From: Eledone cirrhosa
Lineage: Eukaryota
Direction of reading: 5' to 3'
Length of the DNA: 64,000 nucleotides
Assembly: GCA_964016885.1 (NCBI GenBank)
Contig: OZ024741.1
Coordinates: forward strand, 267,964,001 to 268,028,000
A model generated the notes under the pieces. That model had not been told where the DNA came from and did not search any database. It saw only the letters and a program-made list of their open reading frames with translations. The translations under genes and the position numbers were made by a program. Numbering within the stretch: the stretch's first letter is position 1; each line of letters begins with the position of its first letter. This document shows positions 60,283-64,000 of the stretch, piece by piece.

Positions 60283-62920
60283 ATCATCATCATCATCATC
60301 ATCATCATTTTACGTCCGCTTTTCCCTGCTTGCAAGGGTGGGACGGGTCTTATTCAGCACAGCATCTCTCCACTCGTCACGGTCCCTCGTCATCTCCACC
60401 GTGAGCTTCAATGATCTGAGGTCTGTTCTCACCACCTCCGCCCATGTTTTTCGTGGTCTACCTCTACTACGTCTTCCTTCAACTGGCATTTCCTGGCACT
60501 TCTTCACCCATCGGTCATCCTCCATGCGCATCACATGTCCATACCACCTCAGTCTCCTCTCCCGTACACTACATTCTATCCCTCTCAGACACAGTTTCTC
60601 TCTCAACACATTTATGCTGGGTCGTTCACGCACATTTACACTGCACATCCAACGGAGCATGCTTGCCTCATTTCTCTCCAGCCGTCGCATATCTTCTGCG
60701 GTAGCTGCCCATGTCTCACTACCATGCAGCATCGCGCTCCTCACACAGGCATCATACAACCGGCCTTTCGTACGCAGGGAGAAACCCTTCTTCGTCAACA
60801 GAGGAAGCAGCTCCCTAAACTTCTTCCAACCCGTCCTTATTCTAGATACTATGGCCTCGGAACACCCTCCTCCCATGCTAATCTGATCTCCTAGGTACCG
60901 GAAGCTATCCACCACTTCTATAGCGCCCTCTCGCATTTGAAAAATGTGTCTATCAGTGCGACTTCTACTGTCTAATTTCCCTGTACATCTACTGCATACA
61001 TATTTCTCCCTACCTGTTAGATTGCCTGCTATCCCGCTACATCTCTTGTGTACCCAGGACCTACATTGTGTGCATTTTATAGAATTTATGCCAGTTCCTT
61101 TTCTGCATATCGAACATGGCCATTTCCCTGACGGAATCAGGGTTTTGTCCTCTTTTCTACTCATCAACACTTTTGTCTTAGCTAGATTTACTCTCAGTCC
61201 TCTTGCTTCCAACTGCTGTTTCCATAGCCGGAATTTATTCTCTAGCTCCTCTACTGATTCTGCCATAAGAGCCAGATCGTCAGCATAGAGAAGTTCCCAT
61301 GGACAGCCAGTCTTAAACTCCTCTGTTATGGCTTGGAGGACTATAATGAACAAGAGCGGGCTGAGGACCGAACCCTGATGTACTCCTACTTGTATCTGGA
61401 ATTCCTCACTAAACTCCATTCCTACCCTGACTTTACTGAGAGTACCTCTGTACAAAGTTTGCACTGTCCTTACAAGCCATTCCTCAACACCCAGCTTCCT
61501 TAGGGACCACCAGATGACAGATCGGGGTACCCTATCAAAGGCCTTCTCTAGGTCAACAAAGGCCAAGTATAGTGGCTTATTCTTCTCTAAGAACCTCTCT
61601 TGCATTTGTCTCACCAAGAAGAGGGCATCTGTTGTACTCTTCCCAGGCACAAAACCAAACTGCATCTCATCTAGTTTGACCCTTTCTCTAATTAGTTGTG
61701 CTAAAATCCTTTCTGCCACTTTCATAACCTGATCTATCAGTTTTATACCCCTATAATTGCTCCTCTCCAAAGCATCCCCTTTACCTTTGTAGCAATTTAT
61801 GAGAATACTGCTGCACCAGTCTTTGGGTATGACACCACCATATATAGCCTGATTGATTATGCGTGCAACCAGTTTAGTGCCTACGTCCCCTGATGCCTTC
61901 AGCATCTCAGCAACTATTCCCGATGGTCCGGCCGCCTTACCATTTTTCATTTCCCTAATCGCCTCTTGGACCCTATATTCGTCAATCTCAATAGCTGGTC
62001 CCTCTGTCGGATCTACCAAGGGTAATTTCTCTCTCTCCCATTCGTTCTCCACATTCATCAGTCTCTCATAATGGCATTTCCAGGCCTCCTTTTTCTGGTC
62101 ATTCGTGACACTAAGTACACCGGCATCATCCCGGACACATTTATCACCAACAACATCCTGATTTGCATTGACACACTGCCTTGCAATGTGGAACACCGCA
62201 CGCCTCTGATCTTCCCGTCGCAGAACATTGGCAAACCTCCTACTCTCTGCCTCCCTGCGTGCTAAGTACACCTGACGTCTAGCTTCTCTCTTAGTGGCTG
62301 TATATTCTTCCCTACTCCCACCCTTATTCCAAGCCTTCCATGCTAGTCTTTTGTCTCTAATAGCCTTATCTACACTGCTGTTCCACCACCAGGTCACTCT
62401 CTGTCTGGTTGGGGCTCTGCTCCAGCCACAAGTTTCATCAGTAGCCTTCAGCAAGTTGTCACGTAAGAACTTCCAGTTATTATCTATGTCATACGTCTCT
62501 AAATCGTCTTCTTTTTCGTCATATACATCTTGAAGGGCTTTCCTAAATTTGAATTTTAGTGAAAGGTCTTTTAGCTTCCAGACCTTTCTTCTCCACACCT
62601 TCCTATATGGCTCATTCCATCTCTTGCTTACTGAGATATCACTAACAACTAACCTATGCTGTGGGGTACATTCTTCCCCAGGGTATGCCTTGGTATTAGA
62701 CACTATCTGCCTGTCCCGCTGCCTAACTAGCAGGAAGTCAATCTGGCTTATGTGCTCACCAGATTTGTAGGTTATTAGGTGATTGGCAGGTTTCTGGAAG
62801 TTTGTGTTGCAAATAGTCAATGTACTTGCATCACAAAATTCAAGAAGTCTCACTCCTTCTTCATTTCTTGAACCGTAACCATGCCCACCATGTACCCCAG
62901 TGTAACCATCCCAGTGTAAC
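60283..62920 (-). mobile_element. Young 5'-truncated RTE LINE (family B)
   Basis: Uninterrupted ORF; stop codon runs directly into the (GAT)n tail; short duplication CCCAGTGTAAC at the 5' junction. Confidence 0.95.
60310..62912 (-). CDS. RTE polyprotein: C-terminal part of AP endonuclease + reverse transcriptase with PHD-like finger (N-truncated; ORF-track extension to 63099 is read-through)
   Basis: SQIDFLLV, QHRLVVSD, KAAGPSG, NYRGIKL, QFGFVPGKSTTD, FVDLEKAFDRV, GVHQGSVLSPLLF, LLYADDL, FRYLG, RLRWYGHV, GRPRKTW. Confidence 0.95.
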
Positions 62921-62969
62921 ACATATATATATATATATATATATACATACATACATACATACACACACA

Positions 62970-63560
62970 CTAACCTAACTAGGAATAAAGCCAATCTCAA
63001 TTCTAAAAAATTAAATAAGCCAACCACCTCCGAACCCAGTCTCCAGACTGAAGCCTTGTGCAACTGCCTAAATAAGGAAGCCTGCCCACTTGAAAACAAA
63101 TGCCTGACAAATTACATTGTATACAAATGTGATGTCATCTCAGGAACCGATGATAGCAACAACAAAAAGATTACATCGGCATGACTTCCAATAATTTTAA
63201 GACCCGTTGGTATGCCCATACCCGCTCCTTCAGAAGACCGGACAAATCAAATCAGACAACACTCGCCTCCTATGTTTGGCACCTCAAAAGGAACTCCACT
63301 CCTTTCAAGCTTAAATGGAAAATACTCCAGAAAGCGTGCTCATACAATGGAGAACACAAGTGCTGCGACCTTTGTATCTCAGCTCCAAAATATTATTCAC
63401 CAAGGGCCCGCTACTGAACAAACTCACTGAACACTGCCTGAATTGCATGCACAAAGACTTTGAAACTTTCAAATACCTTAAGCCAATGTTAATGCCACAT
63501 GGCTAAAAAAGATTTTCTCTATTTTTTTTTTTTAAACCCACTCGACAAAATACCTCCACC
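62970..63560 (+). pseudogene. Penelope-like element GIY-YIG endonuclease C-terminus (Naiad/Neptune-type), frameshifted
   Basis: CNCLNKEACPLENKCLTNYIVYKCDV / YIGMTSNNFKTRWYAHTRSF...TTLASYVWHLK...WKILQKA..Y...CDLC / LLNKLTEHCLNCMHK. Confidence 0.88.
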
Positions 63561-63654
63561 ACCTCCTTCCCACCCTACCCCCTCTCGACCCGAAACACGG
63601 CACTATGGTCATGTAAGTACTTCTTACTCATCTGCTCTTTCCGCATGTAGAACT

Positions 63655-64000
63655 GTATACATGTGTCTGTGTATATGTGTATATTTATGAGTACATGTAT
63701 GTACGTATTTGTATGAGTCGCTGTACGTGTGTATGCGTATGTTTGTGTGTACGTGCGTTTATATGTACCTGCATATCTGTATGTATCTGTATATTTGTGT
63801 GTATATATATATATATATGTATATGTGTGTGTCTGTATGTACATGTATGTATATGTATTTATATATATGTATATGTATATGTATTTATATATATGTATAT
63901 GTATATGTGTGTATATATATATATGTATTTATATGTGTATTTGTGTGTATATATGTGTATGTATGTATATGTGTGTGTATATGTATGTGCATATATATAT
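63655..64000. repeat. Degenerate (TG/TA)n microsatellite
   Basis: Direct reading. Confidence 0.9.

Overview
An AT-rich animal genomic window made almost entirely of transposon remnants and microsatellites. The repeat landscape resembles an octopus/cephalopod genome (inference). No host gene can be called with confidence. Nearly all long ORFs in the track (YIYI, THTH, SLSL) are artefacts of (TA)n/(CA)n/(CT)n arrays. Recognisable coding sequence is all transposon-derived: a young 5'-truncated RTE LINE (60.3-62.9 kb) with older copies, a young 5'-truncated R4-like RT-RLE element inside a TA microsatellite (7.0-9.0 kb), three CRE-like RLE remnants, Penelope GIY-YIG remnants, a mariner remnant and a CR1-like 3' end. 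There are also many tRNA-derived SINEs and several MITEs. The most notable hidden signal is a set of type I hammerhead ribozyme (HHR) motifs (CUGANGA...GAAA...GUH). An identical 474-bp tandem repeat at the window start carries one minimal HHR per unit plus an ATGCAAAT octamer, the architecture of a non-LTR retrozyme able to release unit-length, possibly circular, RNA. Further intact HHRs lie at 41240-41299(-), 43431-43490(+) and 58588-58638(-), and several decayed copies sit in Penelope-like terminal repeats and fold-back structures. All folds were paired by eye and none was tested computationally or experimentally.
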